Source of the DNA: Gammaproteobacteria bacterium
GTDB taxonomy: Bacteria; Pseudomonadota; Gammaproteobacteria; UBA4575
Length of the DNA: 64,000 bases
NCBI GenBank assembly: GCA_965222615.1
Contig: CBDCUI010000009.1
Coordinates: forward strand, 224,001-288,000
Direction: 5' to 3'
This document shows positions 10,090 through 20,619 of the stretch, one piece after another (position 1 is the stretch's first letter; each line of letters begins with the position of its first letter). The position numbers were made by a program, and so were the translations under genes. The notes below the pieces were generated by a model that was given only the letters and a program-made list of their open reading frames with translations, ran no database searches and was not told where the DNA came from.

Positions 10090-11445
10090 ATGTCTAAAAA
10101 CAAATTTCCTCCAGGCCCTGAAGGCGAGGGTAAATTAGGTTGTCTACCCAGCATGCGTAGCAACCCCATGCAATTCTTAGAGAAGGTTGCGCAAGAATAT
10201 GGTGGTATCGCCCGTATTAATATGGGTGATTATTACTCATACCTTGTTTCTGAGCCTAAATTAATAAAAGAAGTGCTAGTCGATAACTATGATAAATACA
10301 AAAAAAATACTCGCTATAAACAAGTACGTATGGTTATAGGAGAGGGTATGCTGCTAAGTGAAGGCAATGTCTGGAAGAGGCAACGTACCACGGCACAACC
10401 AAAGTTCACTGCCAAGGCATTGGAAGCACAAATAGACTGGATTACTCAATTGGCATCAGAATTTATTGACACCTGGCATGAAAATATTGAAACCAAAAAA
10501 CCAGTCGAGCTTGAATACCAATTTAATATCCTCACGCAATTACTTGCAGGAATGTGGATGATGGGTGCAGGATTCAAATCACGTGCAACTACAGTTGCCC
10601 ATATTTATCACCAGATTCGTACGAACTGGCCTGAGATGACCGATTTAACAACTAGTTTATTGAAACCGAAAAATTTGAAAAAAGAAATTAACTTTAGACG
10701 CGCATTGCACCAGCTGAATAAATGTGTGTATGGGATCTTAGATGAATATCCGGATATCATTGATACAGATATTGGTTATTTAAAACATATCATCGAAGAT
10801 GAGGACGCAAAGTCCTATATCAAAAAAAACAGACGTAGCTTACGTGATCAGATGCTTACTTTGTTTGTTACAGCATTTGAAACAACAGCTACATCTTTGT
10901 GCTGGACGATGTATGTCATAGATAAGTACCCAGAAGTGAAGCAACGCATTTATGAAGAAGTAAACACTATTCTCGGCAAACAAACTCCTACATCAGAACT
11001 ACTTAACAAGTTAAATTACACTGAAAAAGTTATCAAAGAGTCATTGCGCTTATATTCCTCAGTACATTCCTTTTCACGTGTTGCTTTAGAAGATCATCAG
11101 ATCGGCGGGTATAACGTACCGAAGGATATGACAGTTATCATATCTTCTTACGTAACGCACCGCCTTCCACAATATTGGGATGATCCCTATACATTTGACC
11201 CAAATAGGTTTGATAAAGATAGATCAGTTGGAAGGTCACGTTTTGCCTATATACCTTTTGCAGCAGGTCATCGAAATTGCATTGGCTCTCATATGGCAAT
11301 ATTGCAAAGCAAGCTAGTAATTGCGCTGATTACTCAACGCTATAATTTGACACTTATTCCTGGACACAAGGTGGAGCCTCAAGCCGCGACTACTATGCGA
11401 CCAAAATATGGGATGAAAATGAGTGTAGACCGTCTTGCTGCTTAG
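10090..11445 (+). CDS. Cytochrome P450
   Basis: I-helix AFETTA, ExxR (ESLRLY), FDPNRF, heme motif PFAAGHRNCIG. Confidence 0.92.
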   Translation: MSKNKFPPGPEGEGKLGCLPSMRSNPMQFLEKVAQEYGGIARINMGDYYSYLVSEPKLIKEVLVDNYDKYKKNTRYKQVRMVIGEGMLLSEGNVWKRQRTTAQPKFTAKALEAQIDWITQLASEFIDTWHENIETKKPVELEYQFNILTQLLAGMWMMGAGFKSRATTVAHIYHQIRTNWPEMTDLTTSLLKPKNLKKEINFRRALHQLNKCVYGILDEYPDIIDTDIGYLKHIIEDEDAKSYIKKNRRSLRDQMLTLFVTAFETTATSLCWTMYVIDKYPEVKQRIYEEVNTILGKQTPTSELLNKLNYTEKVIKESLRLYSSVHSFSRVALEDHQIGGYNVPKDMTVIISSYVTHRLPQYWDDPYTFDPNRFDKDRSVGRSRFAYIPFAAGHRNCIGSHMAILQSKLVIALITQRYNLTLIPGHKVEPQAATTMRPKYGMKMSVDRLAA

Positions 11446-11454
11446 TGAGATATA

Positions 11455-11607
11455 TTAATAACCTGCTCTACGTGCGCGGTCATCGGGACGATCGTCCTTA
11501 TCTTCCTTAGGGACAGTGTTGTTATCAGTGTCTGTTGGTTGTGGGCCAGCTACCCCACGACCTGCATTCAATTTGTCCTCTGTAAGCTCTTTTTGTCGCT
11601 TATCCAT
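11455..11607 (-). CDS. Putative 50-aa hydrophilic small protein (MDKRQKELTEDKLNAGRG...RARRAGY)
   Basis: Read manually; ATG-to-TAA ORF with GGA upstream, less AT-rich than the flanking intergenic DNA; below the ORF-track length cutoff. Confidence 0.45.
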   Translation of the reverse strand: MDKRQKELTEDKLNAGRGVAGPQPTDTDNNTVPKEDKDDRPDDRARRAGY

Positions 11608-11834
11608 GCTCTTTATCCAAAAAAATCACCAAACTAACTATACTTTATCGCTTTTTATTGACCGTGATCTAGCTCATAAGTCATTATCGATTTAGTATAT
11701 AAGTGTTTAAAGCAGATATTTTGTGAAGTGTATCGCCAAGTAGAGCCTACAAAAACCTTATAATTTACGGGAAAATAATAGGGAAATATTCATATACAAG
11801 AATTTAAACCAGGTATGGAGAGCATAATTTAAGG

Positions 11835-13103
11835 ATGTATTTACAGCACTTTGGCCTTGAACAACAACCGTTTCAACTGACTCCAGATGCAAATTTCATG
11901 TACTTGAGTAAGCCGCATGCGCGTGCCAAATCGTACATGGAATACACAGTATGGAATCGAGATGGCTTTGTTGTAATCACTGGAGAGATTGGCTCAGGGA
12001 AAACGACACTGATCCAGCAGTTGCTACGTAATGTTAGTGATGATGTCCTCATTGCCCGAATTTATCAGACTCAACTGAATGAAGTTGAGTTCTTTCAGGC
12101 TATATTACTTGAATTTGGTTTAGAGCCTTTCAATGCTGGAAAAGTTGAATTAATGAGTATGCTTAACAACTTTTTGATCGAGCAATACTCACATGGAATT
12201 CAAGTCATACTTGTGGTTGATGAAGCACAGAATTTGAGTAAGCGTGTCCTTGAAGAACTGCGCATGCTTACCGGAATGGAAACAGATGAAGAGCGTATTT
12301 TAAACCTTATATTAGTCGGGCAGCCAGAATTAAAAAATTTATTAGATGCTCCGGGTATGGAACAACTTTCGCAACGCATTCGATTTCGATTTCATTTGAA
12401 GCCCTTAGAGCAAGAAGATATCGCTAATTACATTAGACATAGGCTCGAAATCGCTGGTGCAAAGAAGAAAACTATAATACGAGATGAATGTATCCCACTA
12501 ATATACCGTTATACAGGAGGCATACCTCGTCTTATCAATACGCTTTGTGACACTGCTTTAATTTGTGCTTATGTCGATGGTAAAAAATTGGTAACAGCTA
12601 GCTTCATAGAAGAGGCTGTTACTGAGTTGCAATGGCAGCCATATCACGAAAGAGCTGGTATTAAAGCTCTAGAATCTAAACCGACTATGGCTGTAGATTA
12701 TGATTCTGGTGCTAAGTTAGTGGACATCATGAATGAAGAAGAAGTAGTCGAGCATGTAATCACAGAAAATATTACCTCAATTGGTCGAATACCAGTTAAC
12801 GACATACGCATTAACGATGAAATGGTAAGTGGACATCATGCTAAATTGATACGTTTCCAAGATAATTATTTCATCGAAGATCTTATTAGTACCAATGGCA
12901 CATTTGTGAATGGAAAGCGGATTAAAAAATGCGTACTAAAAGATGGGGATCGTATCGCTTTTGGTCCATACAAAATGTTGTTTCAGGTAGATACATCTTC
13001 GTTATTGAATCCAACTTCTTCCAATAAAGATGATGAATTCAGTAACATAGTTTCGCTTGATGATACTGTGGTTAGTAATCCTGTTGCAGCAAACAACAAA
13101 TAA
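11835..13103 (+). CDS. ExeA/GspA-like AAA ATPase with C-terminal FHA domain
   Basis: MYLQHFGL..PF, GEIGSGKTT, VVDEAQNL, LVGQPEL, GGIPRLIN; FHA motifs IGR...VSGHHA...DLISTNGTFVNG. Confidence 0.88.
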   Translation: MYLQHFGLEQQPFQLTPDANFMYLSKPHARAKSYMEYTVWNRDGFVVITGEIGSGKTTLIQQLLRNVSDDVLIARIYQTQLNEVEFFQAILLEFGLEPFNAGKVELMSMLNNFLIEQYSHGIQVILVVDEAQNLSKRVLEELRMLTGMETDEERILNLILVGQPELKNLLDAPGMEQLSQRIRFRFHLKPLEQEDIANYIRHRLEIAGAKKKTIIRDECIPLIYRYTGGIPRLINTLCDTALICAYVDGKKLVTASFIEEAVTELQWQPYHERAGIKALESKPTMAVDYDSGAKLVDIMNEEEVVEHVITENITSIGRIPVNDIRINDEMVSGHHAKLIRFQDNYFIEDLISTNGTFVNGKRIKKCVLKDGDRIAFGPYKMLFQVDTSSLLNPTSSNKDDEFSNIVSLDDTVVSNPVAANNK

Positions 13104-13112
13104 AGGAAGCTC

Positions 13113-13886
13113 TTAGCTGCGTATCCCTATGCCTTTATTCAGCAAATAAAGGCAAATCAAAAACAATACTACAAGAAACCCAATAATTACTGTCATTGAA
13201 ATGGTCAGATTGACATCTGATATACCAAGTATTCCATAACGAAAAGCATTTACCATATAGAGAATAGGATTGGCTAGTGAAATTTGCTGCCAGAAAGTTG
13301 GCAACATTTGTATGCTAAAAAACACTCCACCAAGATACGTAAGTGGTGTAAGGACAAAAGTTGGAATGATAGAAATATCGTCAAAGCTTTTTGCGAATAT
13401 TCCATTAATCAGACCTGCCAGTGAAAATAATGCAGCAGTTAATATAGAAGTTATTAGAATAATAGTGATATTACTGATTTGTAGGCGCGTAAAAATGAGC
13501 GCTACAAATGTTACTGCAATACCTACTGTTATGCCTCGTGCAATACCTCCCAGCATAAACCCTAAAATAATAATATAGTTGGGCATAGGTGATACCAGCA
13601 TCTCTTCTATATGACGTTGAAACTTTGAGCTATAAAAGGATGAGACTGAATTGGCATAAGAATTAGTAATAATGCCCATCATGATTAAGCCGGGAGCGAT
13701 GAATTCTATATAAGAAAAACCATCGATATCACTAAGCTGGGAGCCAATGAACTTTCCCATGATTAAAAAGTATAAGGCCATTGTAATTGCCGGAGGTAAA
13801 ATTGTTTGAACCCAGATTCTTGCAAAGCGAAGAATTTCCTTTGTTACAATTGTGCGTAATCCAATTAATTGCTTTACCAAGTTCAT
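13113..13886 (-). CDS. yadH: ABC-2 transporter permease
   Basis: KEILRFARIWVQTILPP and PTFVLTPLTYLGGVFFS motifs; multiple TM segments. Confidence 0.85.
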   Translation of the reverse strand: MNLVKQLIGLRTIVTKEILRFARIWVQTILPPAITMALYFLIMGKFIGSQLSDIDGFSYIEFIAPGLIMMGIITNSYANSVSSFYSSKFQRHIEEMLVSPMPNYIIILGFMLGGIARGITVGIAVTFVALIFTRLQISNITIILITSILTAALFSLAGLINGIFAKSFDDISIIPTFVLTPLTYLGGVFFSIQMLPTFWQQISLANPILYMVNAFRYGILGISDVNLTISMTVIIGFLVVLFLICLYLLNKGIGIRS

Positions 13887-13892
13887 TTGGAT

Positions 13893-14816
13893 TTATTCAC
13901 TAGTATTTTTTGTTAATGTAAGAAATAGCTCTTCTAGACGGTTAGTCTTATTCTTAATGCTTAGAACAGTAATTCCTTGTTGGTTTAAAGTATTGAACAG
14001 CTCATAGAGAGATTTTTTATTTGATAAAGTAACCTCTAAAGTTTTTTCATCAAGAACATCGTACGAGTACTCATAAAGGTCTAAAGCTTTAGTTATCGGA
14101 TGCTGCAAATATAGAATAAAGCTTTCTTCTTTTAATTTTTCTAAGAGATTTCGCATAGAAGTATCTACTTTGATCTTACCTTGATCAATGATCGCAATAT
14201 TTTTACAGAGGTTTTCTGCTTCTTCCAAGTAATGGGTAGTTAATATAATAGTTTTCCCATCTTCATTTATTTTTCGAAGCATCTTCCACATCGATCTGCG
14301 AATTTCTATATCTACTCCAGCTGTAGGCTCATCTAAAATAAGTAACTCAGGGTTATGGACTAAAGCTCTTGCGATCATTAACCTGCGTTTCATTCCGCCC
14401 GAGAGTTCTCTTGGGATATCTTTGCGTTTTTCCCAAAGCCCCAGTTTTTCAAGACAGTCTTCAGTTGCATCTAATGCTTCATTTTTTGGCACTCCAAAGT
14501 AGCCTGCTTGGTTCTTAATGATTTCAGCCAGTGGCTCAAAATTGTTGAAATTAAATTCTTGTGGAACCAACCCAATTAAGTTCTTCGCTTGGGAAAAATG
14601 CGTGTCGATGTCATAACCAAGAATATGTACTTTGCCTGCTGTTTTGTTAACTAGGGATGTTATGATGCCTATCAGTGTAGATTTGCCAGCACCATTTGGG
14701 CCAAGCAATGCAAAGAAATCACCCAGATTTACATCAAGGTCAATATCTTCCAGTGCAACAACATTATTGCCATAGGTTTTACAAAGCCCACGAATGGATA
14801 AAGCATGTTCAGTCAT
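13893..14816 (-). CDS. yadG: ABC transporter ATP-binding protein
   Basis: GPNGAGKST, LSGGMKRR, LDEPTAGVD. Confidence 0.85.
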   Translation of the reverse strand: MTEHALSIRGLCKTYGNNVVALEDIDLDVNLGDFFALLGPNGAGKSTLIGIITSLVNKTAGKVHILGYDIDTHFSQAKNLIGLVPQEFNFNNFEPLAEIIKNQAGYFGVPKNEALDATEDCLEKLGLWEKRKDIPRELSGGMKRRLMIARALVHNPELLILDEPTAGVDIEIRRSMWKMLRKINEDGKTIILTTHYLEEAENLCKNIAIIDQGKIKVDTSMRNLLEKLKEESFILYLQHPITKALDLYEYSYDVLDEKTLEVTLSNKKSLYELFNTLNQQGITVLSIKNKTNRLEELFLTLTKNTSE

Positions 14817-14874
14817 TTTTTGTGAGAGTATGTTTTTATAATAATTTATTTAGTCTATCGGTATGAGGAGCTAA

Positions 14875-16269
14875 ATGGATAACACAGATTTGATGCATTA
14901 TTTTTATGATGAACAACATGATGACAGTGTACCAATTAATATTGTTACTAAAGAGAATTATAAAGAATGGAAAGCCAAACAAGGTAAGTTTACTCAAAAC
15001 TGGATTCAATCATCAGGCTTTCAGCCCAAAGCAAATAAATACCTATGTATTCCAAATACAGATGGAGGTTTAAATAGTGTACTGGTTATAACCGATCAAG
15101 AAAATACTATTTGGACCCTGGGAGATTGTCCTCAATCTTTGCCTGCAGGCCATTACCATATTGCTGAGAAACCTGAAAATACTAGTGATGATTCGTATTT
15201 ACTTGGCTGGGGTTTGGGGGCCTATCAATTTATCCAATATAAAGATACTAAGAATAAACTATGTAAGATCTCAAACGTACAGCTAACTGATAAAAATTGC
15301 TTAGAAGCACTTTTGAGAGCCACGGCAATAACACGAGATCTGGTAAATACTCCTGCTTCCGATATGATGCCACAGCATTTATTGGAACATAGTCAAGCGC
15401 TTGCCAAACAATTTAATGCAGAGTTAGTTGAATACGAAGGCGATGATTTATTAAAAGAAAACTTCCCAGTTATACATGCAGTAGGGCGAGCTAGTGTACA
15501 CCCACCCAGGCTAATTCAATTGTCATGGGGCGACTCCAAGCACCTTAAAGTAGCCTTAGTGGGCAAAGGTGTGTCTTTTGATAGTGGTGGACTGGATATA
15601 AAGTCTGCTGCCGGTATGCGTTTAATGAAAAAAGACATGGGGGGTGCAGCGCATGTTTTGGGAATCGCAAGTGCGATTATGCAATTAAACTTGCCTGTTT
15701 GTTTACAGGTGTTTATTCCCGCAGTGGAAAATGCTATCTCGGCAAATGCCTATCGTCCAGGTGACGTTATAAAGTCAAGATCTGGTAAAACAATTGAAAT
15801 TGAAAACACAGATGCTGAAGGGCGTTTAATACTTTGCGATGCGATAACTAAAGCGATTGAAAACGATCCAGAAATACTAATTGATTTTGCAACTTTAACA
15901 GGTGCAGCAAGAGTGGCATTGGGAACAGAAGTGCCCGCATTTTTTACTAATGATAAAACTATTGTTGAGGAAATAATGCTTGCTTCTGAAACTGTACATG
16001 ATCCTGTATGGCAATTACCATTGCATAAGCCATATCGATATCTACTGAACAGCAATATTGCAGATATTTCAAATTGCTCTACTGGTTCCTTCGGTGGAGC
16101 AATTACTGCAGCACTCTTTTTAAGTGAATTTGTGCCGATTACAACAAGATGGCTGCATTTTGATGTAATGGCCTGGAATACACGTAACCGACCTGGTCGC
16201 CCAAAAGGTGGGGAGGCAATGGGTTTACGTACTATTATTGAATTTCTACGACAACGATATTCTGCATAG
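14875..16269 (+). CDS. M17 leucyl aminopeptidase family protein
   Basis: GKGVSFDSGG, MKKDMGGAA, NTDAEGRL, ATLTGA. Confidence 0.92.
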   Translation: MDNTDLMHYFYDEQHDDSVPINIVTKENYKEWKAKQGKFTQNWIQSSGFQPKANKYLCIPNTDGGLNSVLVITDQENTIWTLGDCPQSLPAGHYHIAEKPENTSDDSYLLGWGLGAYQFIQYKDTKNKLCKISNVQLTDKNCLEALLRATAITRDLVNTPASDMMPQHLLEHSQALAKQFNAELVEYEGDDLLKENFPVIHAVGRASVHPPRLIQLSWGDSKHLKVALVGKGVSFDSGGLDIKSAAGMRLMKKDMGGAAHVLGIASAIMQLNLPVCLQVFIPAVENAISANAYRPGDVIKSRSGKTIEIENTDAEGRLILCDAITKAIENDPEILIDFATLTGAARVALGTEVPAFFTNDKTIVEEIMLASETVHDPVWQLPLHKPYRYLLNSNIADISNCSTGSFGGAITAALFLSEFVPITTRWLHFDVMAWNTRNRPGRPKGGEAMGLRTIIEFLRQRYSA

Positions 16270-16288
16270 AAATTAAGACTTATAAATA

Positions 16289-17281
16289 ATGAATAACCCG
16301 CATCGTTTTTGCATTGCTCCTATGATGGAATGTACAGATCGTCATTATCGATATCTTGCGCGTCTTCTGACCAAACGCAGTATGCTCTATACTGAAATGA
16401 TAACTACAGATACCTTATTGCATAGTGATCATGGTTACCATTTAAAGATCAACTCTTGTGAACACCCAATTGCCTTGCAGTTGGGTGGTAGTGATCCAGT
16501 AAAAATGGCTAAATGCTCTGAATACGCTTCTGAATTTAACTACGATGAGATCAATATAAATGTAGGTTGTCCAAGCGATCGTGTACAAGCTGGCAAGTTT
16601 GGAGCAAGCTTGATGCTTGAGCCACAAACCGTTGCAAAATGCATAAAAGAGATGAATAGCGTTACTGATCTCGATGTGACAGTAAAAACGAGAATAGGTG
16701 TAGATGAGCAAGACAGCTATGAGGATTTTGCAAGATTTATAGCTATCATTGCCGATGCAGGTTGCACGGTGGTAATCGTGCATGCAAGAAAAGCATACCT
16801 TTCAGGTTTAAGTCCAAAAGAAAATAGAACGATTCCGCCTTTATGTTACGATTATGTCTATAAAATTAAACAACAACATCCGCAACTTAAAATAATATTG
16901 AATGGAGGTCTTGATAATTTTCAAGATATTCAAAAACATTTAACTGCACTTGACGGGGTGATGGTTGGAAGAAAGGCTTATGAAGATCCTTATTTTTTAG
17001 TCAATGTCGATGCAAAAATATTTAACGAGCAACATACAACTCTTTCGCGGTATGAAATATTAGCCAAGTATCTTAGTTATGCACAAGGACAGTTGGACAA
17101 GGGGGTGCCATTGCATATTCTCACCAAACATATATTCGGAGTGTTTAACGGTGTACCTGGCGCAAAACAATGGCGTCGCTATCTAAGTGAAAATAGACAC
17201 AAAATTGGAACGAATCTTGGTGTAATCCATCATGTAGCGTTAGAGCTTGTTGGCAGAAATAAGCTATCTACTATTTACTAA
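16289..17281 (+). CDS. dusA: tRNA-dihydrouridine(20/20a) synthase
   Basis: APMMECTDRH, QLGGSDP, NVGCPSDRVQ, HARKAYLSGLSPKENR. Confidence 0.92.
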   Translation: MNNPHRFCIAPMMECTDRHYRYLARLLTKRSMLYTEMITTDTLLHSDHGYHLKINSCEHPIALQLGGSDPVKMAKCSEYASEFNYDEININVGCPSDRVQAGKFGASLMLEPQTVAKCIKEMNSVTDLDVTVKTRIGVDEQDSYEDFARFIAIIADAGCTVVIVHARKAYLSGLSPKENRTIPPLCYDYVYKIKQQHPQLKIILNGGLDNFQDIQKHLTALDGVMVGRKAYEDPYFLVNVDAKIFNEQHTTLSRYEILAKYLSYAQGQLDKGVPLHILTKHIFGVFNGVPGAKQWRRYLSENRHKIGTNLGVIHHVALELVGRNKLSTIY

Positions 17282-17900
17282 AAATGTGTGCGTACTCTTT
17301 TTGTGCTGAAAAATAGTTGTAATCGGTTAGCTCGTCAACGTCGCGCACACTGGATAAACATGTTGTCGACCAACCTAGAGAATTTATTTTTTCTTCCGTA
17401 TCTTTAAGCACCTTATTTGTGCTCCAATTAATGCCACTGAAAATAGATACATGAATTTTATTGGTGCCGATTAGTACATAGCCACCATCGACTGCAGGGC
17501 CTAGTACAATATCATGTCCAGTTTCTAGTTCAGTAAAGGCACGGTTAATATAAGTTAAGTCTAGTTGAGGACAGTCTGAGCCAATCAATACCACTGGTGT
17601 GTCATATTTCAGGTGTTGTCGTATCGCATTATACATGCGCATGCCTATGTCTTTGCCCATTTGCTTATGCAAAGTAAGTGTGTATTTGTTTTGGCAATAT
17701 TTAAAAAAAGGATGATCAGAATCTGGATAGCAATATAATGCGATGTCAAAATTTTCTACGCAAATATTTGTTAAAATATGTTCTAAGATTTTTTTATACA
17801 ACTCTGCAGTGAATTCTTCACCAAGATTGGCAGACAGGCGAGTTTTAACAAACCCTGGCTCAGGGTGCTTGCAAAAACAAATTACAGTTTTGGTTTGCAC
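17271..17900 (-). CDS. DUF2064 / TIGR04282-like glycosyltransferase
   Basis: PGFVKTRL, QMGKDIGMRM, IGSDCPQL, LGPAVDGGYVLIG, DVDE. Confidence 0.8.
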   Translation of the reverse strand: MQTKTVICFCKHPEPGFVKTRLSANLGEEFTAELYKKILEHILTNICVENFDIALYCYPDSDHPFFKYCQNKYTLTLHKQMGKDIGMRMYNAIRQHLKYDTPVVLIGSDCPQLDLTYINRAFTELETGHDIVLGPAVDGGYVLIGTNKIHVSIFSGINWSTNKVLKDTEEKINSLGWSTTCLSSVRDVDELTDYNYFSAQKEYAHIFSK

Positions 17901-17904
17901 TAGT

Positions 17905-18582
17905 TTAATAGTAATACTTGGCTAGTTTTTCTGTAGAGGCGCCAAAATAGAACATCAAACGTAGTTTCCACATTGTAACAATAGTTTTTATTGTGCCTTG
18001 TTGCTCCCATTTTCTACTAGAAGAAATTACCTTTTCGGGCAGACATAAAGGATGGGATAGATGTTTTAAACGTGCGCTAACGGCAATGTCTTCCATAATT
18101 ATGTAATCCGGAAATCCCCCGCAGGCAAAATAAGCCTCTCTTCTTACAAACATGGCTTGGTCACCGGTTACGATCCCTGTAACAGCACTGCGGAAATTCA
18201 TAAACCAAGCAATTATTTTAAACATGAAACTTGAATTTGAAAATTTGATAGTAAATCTTCCCCATTGCTTAGAACTTGACTTAAGTGATTTGCAAATCAA
18301 GTTTGTAGCATCAGCAGGTAATATCGTATCGGCATGAAGAAATAAAAGAATTTCATTTGAGCTTTGTTGGGCACCTAGATGTAATTGAAAACCACGAGAT
18401 GGTTTAGAACTAAATGTTTGACAGCCAATTTGTTTCGCAACTTCTATAGAAGCATCACAGCTTCCACTGTCAACAACAATTATTTCGTGTCCTTGTTTGA
18501 TTAAGTCATGCAGCAATGTTTTTTGTTTTGTTAAATTTTGCTCTTCATCTAAAACTGGGATGATTACAGATATTATTGCCAT
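17905..18582 (-). CDS. GT2 glycosyltransferase, TIGR04283-like
   Basis: ISVIIPVLDEE, FLHADT, TGDQAMF, MEDI, SSRKWEQQG; paired with DUF2064. Confidence 0.8.
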   Translation of the reverse strand: MAIISVIIPVLDEEQNLTKQKTLLHDLIKQGHEIIVVDSGSCDASIEVAKQIGCQTFSSKPSRGFQLHLGAQQSSNEILLFLHADTILPADATNLICKSLKSSSKQWGRFTIKFSNSSFMFKIIAWFMNFRSAVTGIVTGDQAMFVRREAYFACGGFPDYIIMEDIAVSARLKHLSHPLCLPEKVISSSRKWEQQGTIKTIVTMWKLRLMFYFGASTEKLAKYYY

Positions 18583-18785
18583 GATTTTGAAAGCAATTGT
18601 TCTAAAACAACTATTTTATTTTCTGTAGTGGTTAAATGATTGATTAATCAGCCAATTTTAAATTCAGTTCATTAATATATTTTTGTTACAATTACCGCCA
18701 ACATTCTATTAGTATTGCTAATGAAAACAATTAAATAAGCTAGCACATATTTACTCTTTACTCAGCATGCGAAGGAACGAAATTT

Positions 18786-20096
18786 ATGAAAAATCACATC
18801 CTGAATATTCTCAAATCTCATAAATTTATATTAGTTAGTGTATTCTCCATGGCATCTTTTTCTGTGTATGGTGCCGGATTTCAAATCAGTGAACAGAGTG
18901 GCACAGGATTAGGGCGTGCGTTTGCTGGTTTCGGAGTGATCGGTGATGATCTTTCTATGGCTTTCTACAACCCTGCTGGCTTGACTATGCAAGAAGGCAC
19001 ACAAATCCAAGTAACAGGGTTTGCAATTGATGGCAGTTCAAGATTTGATGCGGATACAGGTCAATCCGGCCGCGTGCCACCACTTGTTCCGTTAGGTAGC
19101 AATGATAATGGGGCTACATTCAGCATAGTACCTAATCTTTATTTTACCATGGATTTAACGGATAGATTAAAATATGGCTTTGCTATTACCGCACCATTTG
19201 GCCTTGCAACGGAATACGATCGGGATTGGGTGGGTCGCTATCAAGCTAAAGAATCAGAGCTGCTTACTGTGAATATTAATCCTTCTCTTGCATATAAGCT
19301 TAGTGATTCATTTTCCATTGGCTTTGGAGTAAGTGCGGAGTATGCCGATGCAACTTTAAGCCAAGCAGTCTTTACGGGTGGCCCTGATGGCTTTGCAGAG
19401 GCAAAGGGAGATGATTGGGGTTATGGGTGGAATGCGGGATTTATGTATCACCCCGATCCAACTTTTCGTGCGGCAGTAGGATTTAGATCTAAGATTCACC
19501 ATAAGTTGTCTGGCGATGATAATGAAATTACTGGCACTCCATTAGGTGGCGGAAATTTTTCATCAGGGGTGGAAGCCAGAGCGACATTACCTGAAGTCGT
19601 GCATGCAGGATTGTACAAAGAATTTGCTTCCAAATGGGGTCTATCTCTTGGTTTCCGGTGGACAAGGTGGAATCGATTGCAAGAACTTATTGTAAAGACC
19701 GATAGCCCATTTGTTCCAGACAGTGTCCTTGAATTGAAATGGGATAATGTAATTTCTGCAAATATTGGTGTGGATTACTACTATTCAGATAAGTGGACAT
19801 TTCGTGCAGGGTATATGTTTGATGAGTCACCTACTGATGATAATTTTAGAACACCTCGAATTCCTGATGAAGATCGCAATTGGTTCGCCGTAGGTGCTAC
19901 CTATAAGCCAAATGAACAATTGCAGTTAGACGTAGGCTTCACACATATTATTGTGGATGATGCCGATATTGAAATAAGAGGAGATGTTATTGCAGCTCCA
20001 CCTGCATCACCAATCGTTGTTACTGATAGTGTCGTGGGAGAATACGACGATTCAGGCGTTAACATTCTTAGTTTACAAGCCGTTTATAAATTTTAA
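18786..20096 (+). CDS. fadL: FadL-family outer-membrane long-chain fatty acid/hydrocarbon transporter
   Basis: AGFQISEQSGTGLGRAFAG, NPAG, RIPDEDR, C-terminal YKF. Confidence 0.88.
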   Translation: MKNHILNILKSHKFILVSVFSMASFSVYGAGFQISEQSGTGLGRAFAGFGVIGDDLSMAFYNPAGLTMQEGTQIQVTGFAIDGSSRFDADTGQSGRVPPLVPLGSNDNGATFSIVPNLYFTMDLTDRLKYGFAITAPFGLATEYDRDWVGRYQAKESELLTVNINPSLAYKLSDSFSIGFGVSAEYADATLSQAVFTGGPDGFAEAKGDDWGYGWNAGFMYHPDPTFRAAVGFRSKIHHKLSGDDNEITGTPLGGGNFSSGVEARATLPEVVHAGLYKEFASKWGLSLGFRWTRWNRLQELIVKTDSPFVPDSVLELKWDNVISANIGVDYYYSDKWTFRAGYMFDESPTDDNFRTPRIPDEDRNWFAVGATYKPNEQLQLDVGFTHIIVDDADIEIRGDVIAAPPASPIVVTDSVVGEYDDSGVNILSLQAVYKF

Positions 20097-20619
20097 TTTT
20101 CTCAATAGCATCAACTCACAAGTTAACAAGCTTGCGAGTTGATTAGTTCAACAAACCTATCAATAAGCTCAAAATCTTTGAGCGATATTTTGTTTGACTA
20201 AAATACATTTAGTTTTCATTTGGTTATTCCTCGCAAGTTTTACAAGTCTTTGCAATGTAATACAAATTTAGCGACATGTTTCGCAGAAATAGAGTAGGCA
20301 TTGGCAGAGGATCAAGTTTGTTGACGGTAAAACAGTTCAGCAGTTGGTGCCGGTAATAAAAGCGTTACTTGATTATTTTTAATGATAATTGCTTTTTATA
20401 ATTAAATTGCACTCATCGAAAATTAATCGTTGCTTTTTAGTACGTTACGAATTTTTGTTCTGTTTATTTTAGATGTGGAAATTTAGTTTGTGTATTCCAA
20501 TTTTAAAAAAACTGCCAATAAAATAGTTTGAAATTTGCAATTAAAGTAAATTATCATGAGATTATTGTAAGTGAATAAATTTTCCTTACAAAAAATAACA
20601 AAATACCAGGTGGGAGAAT

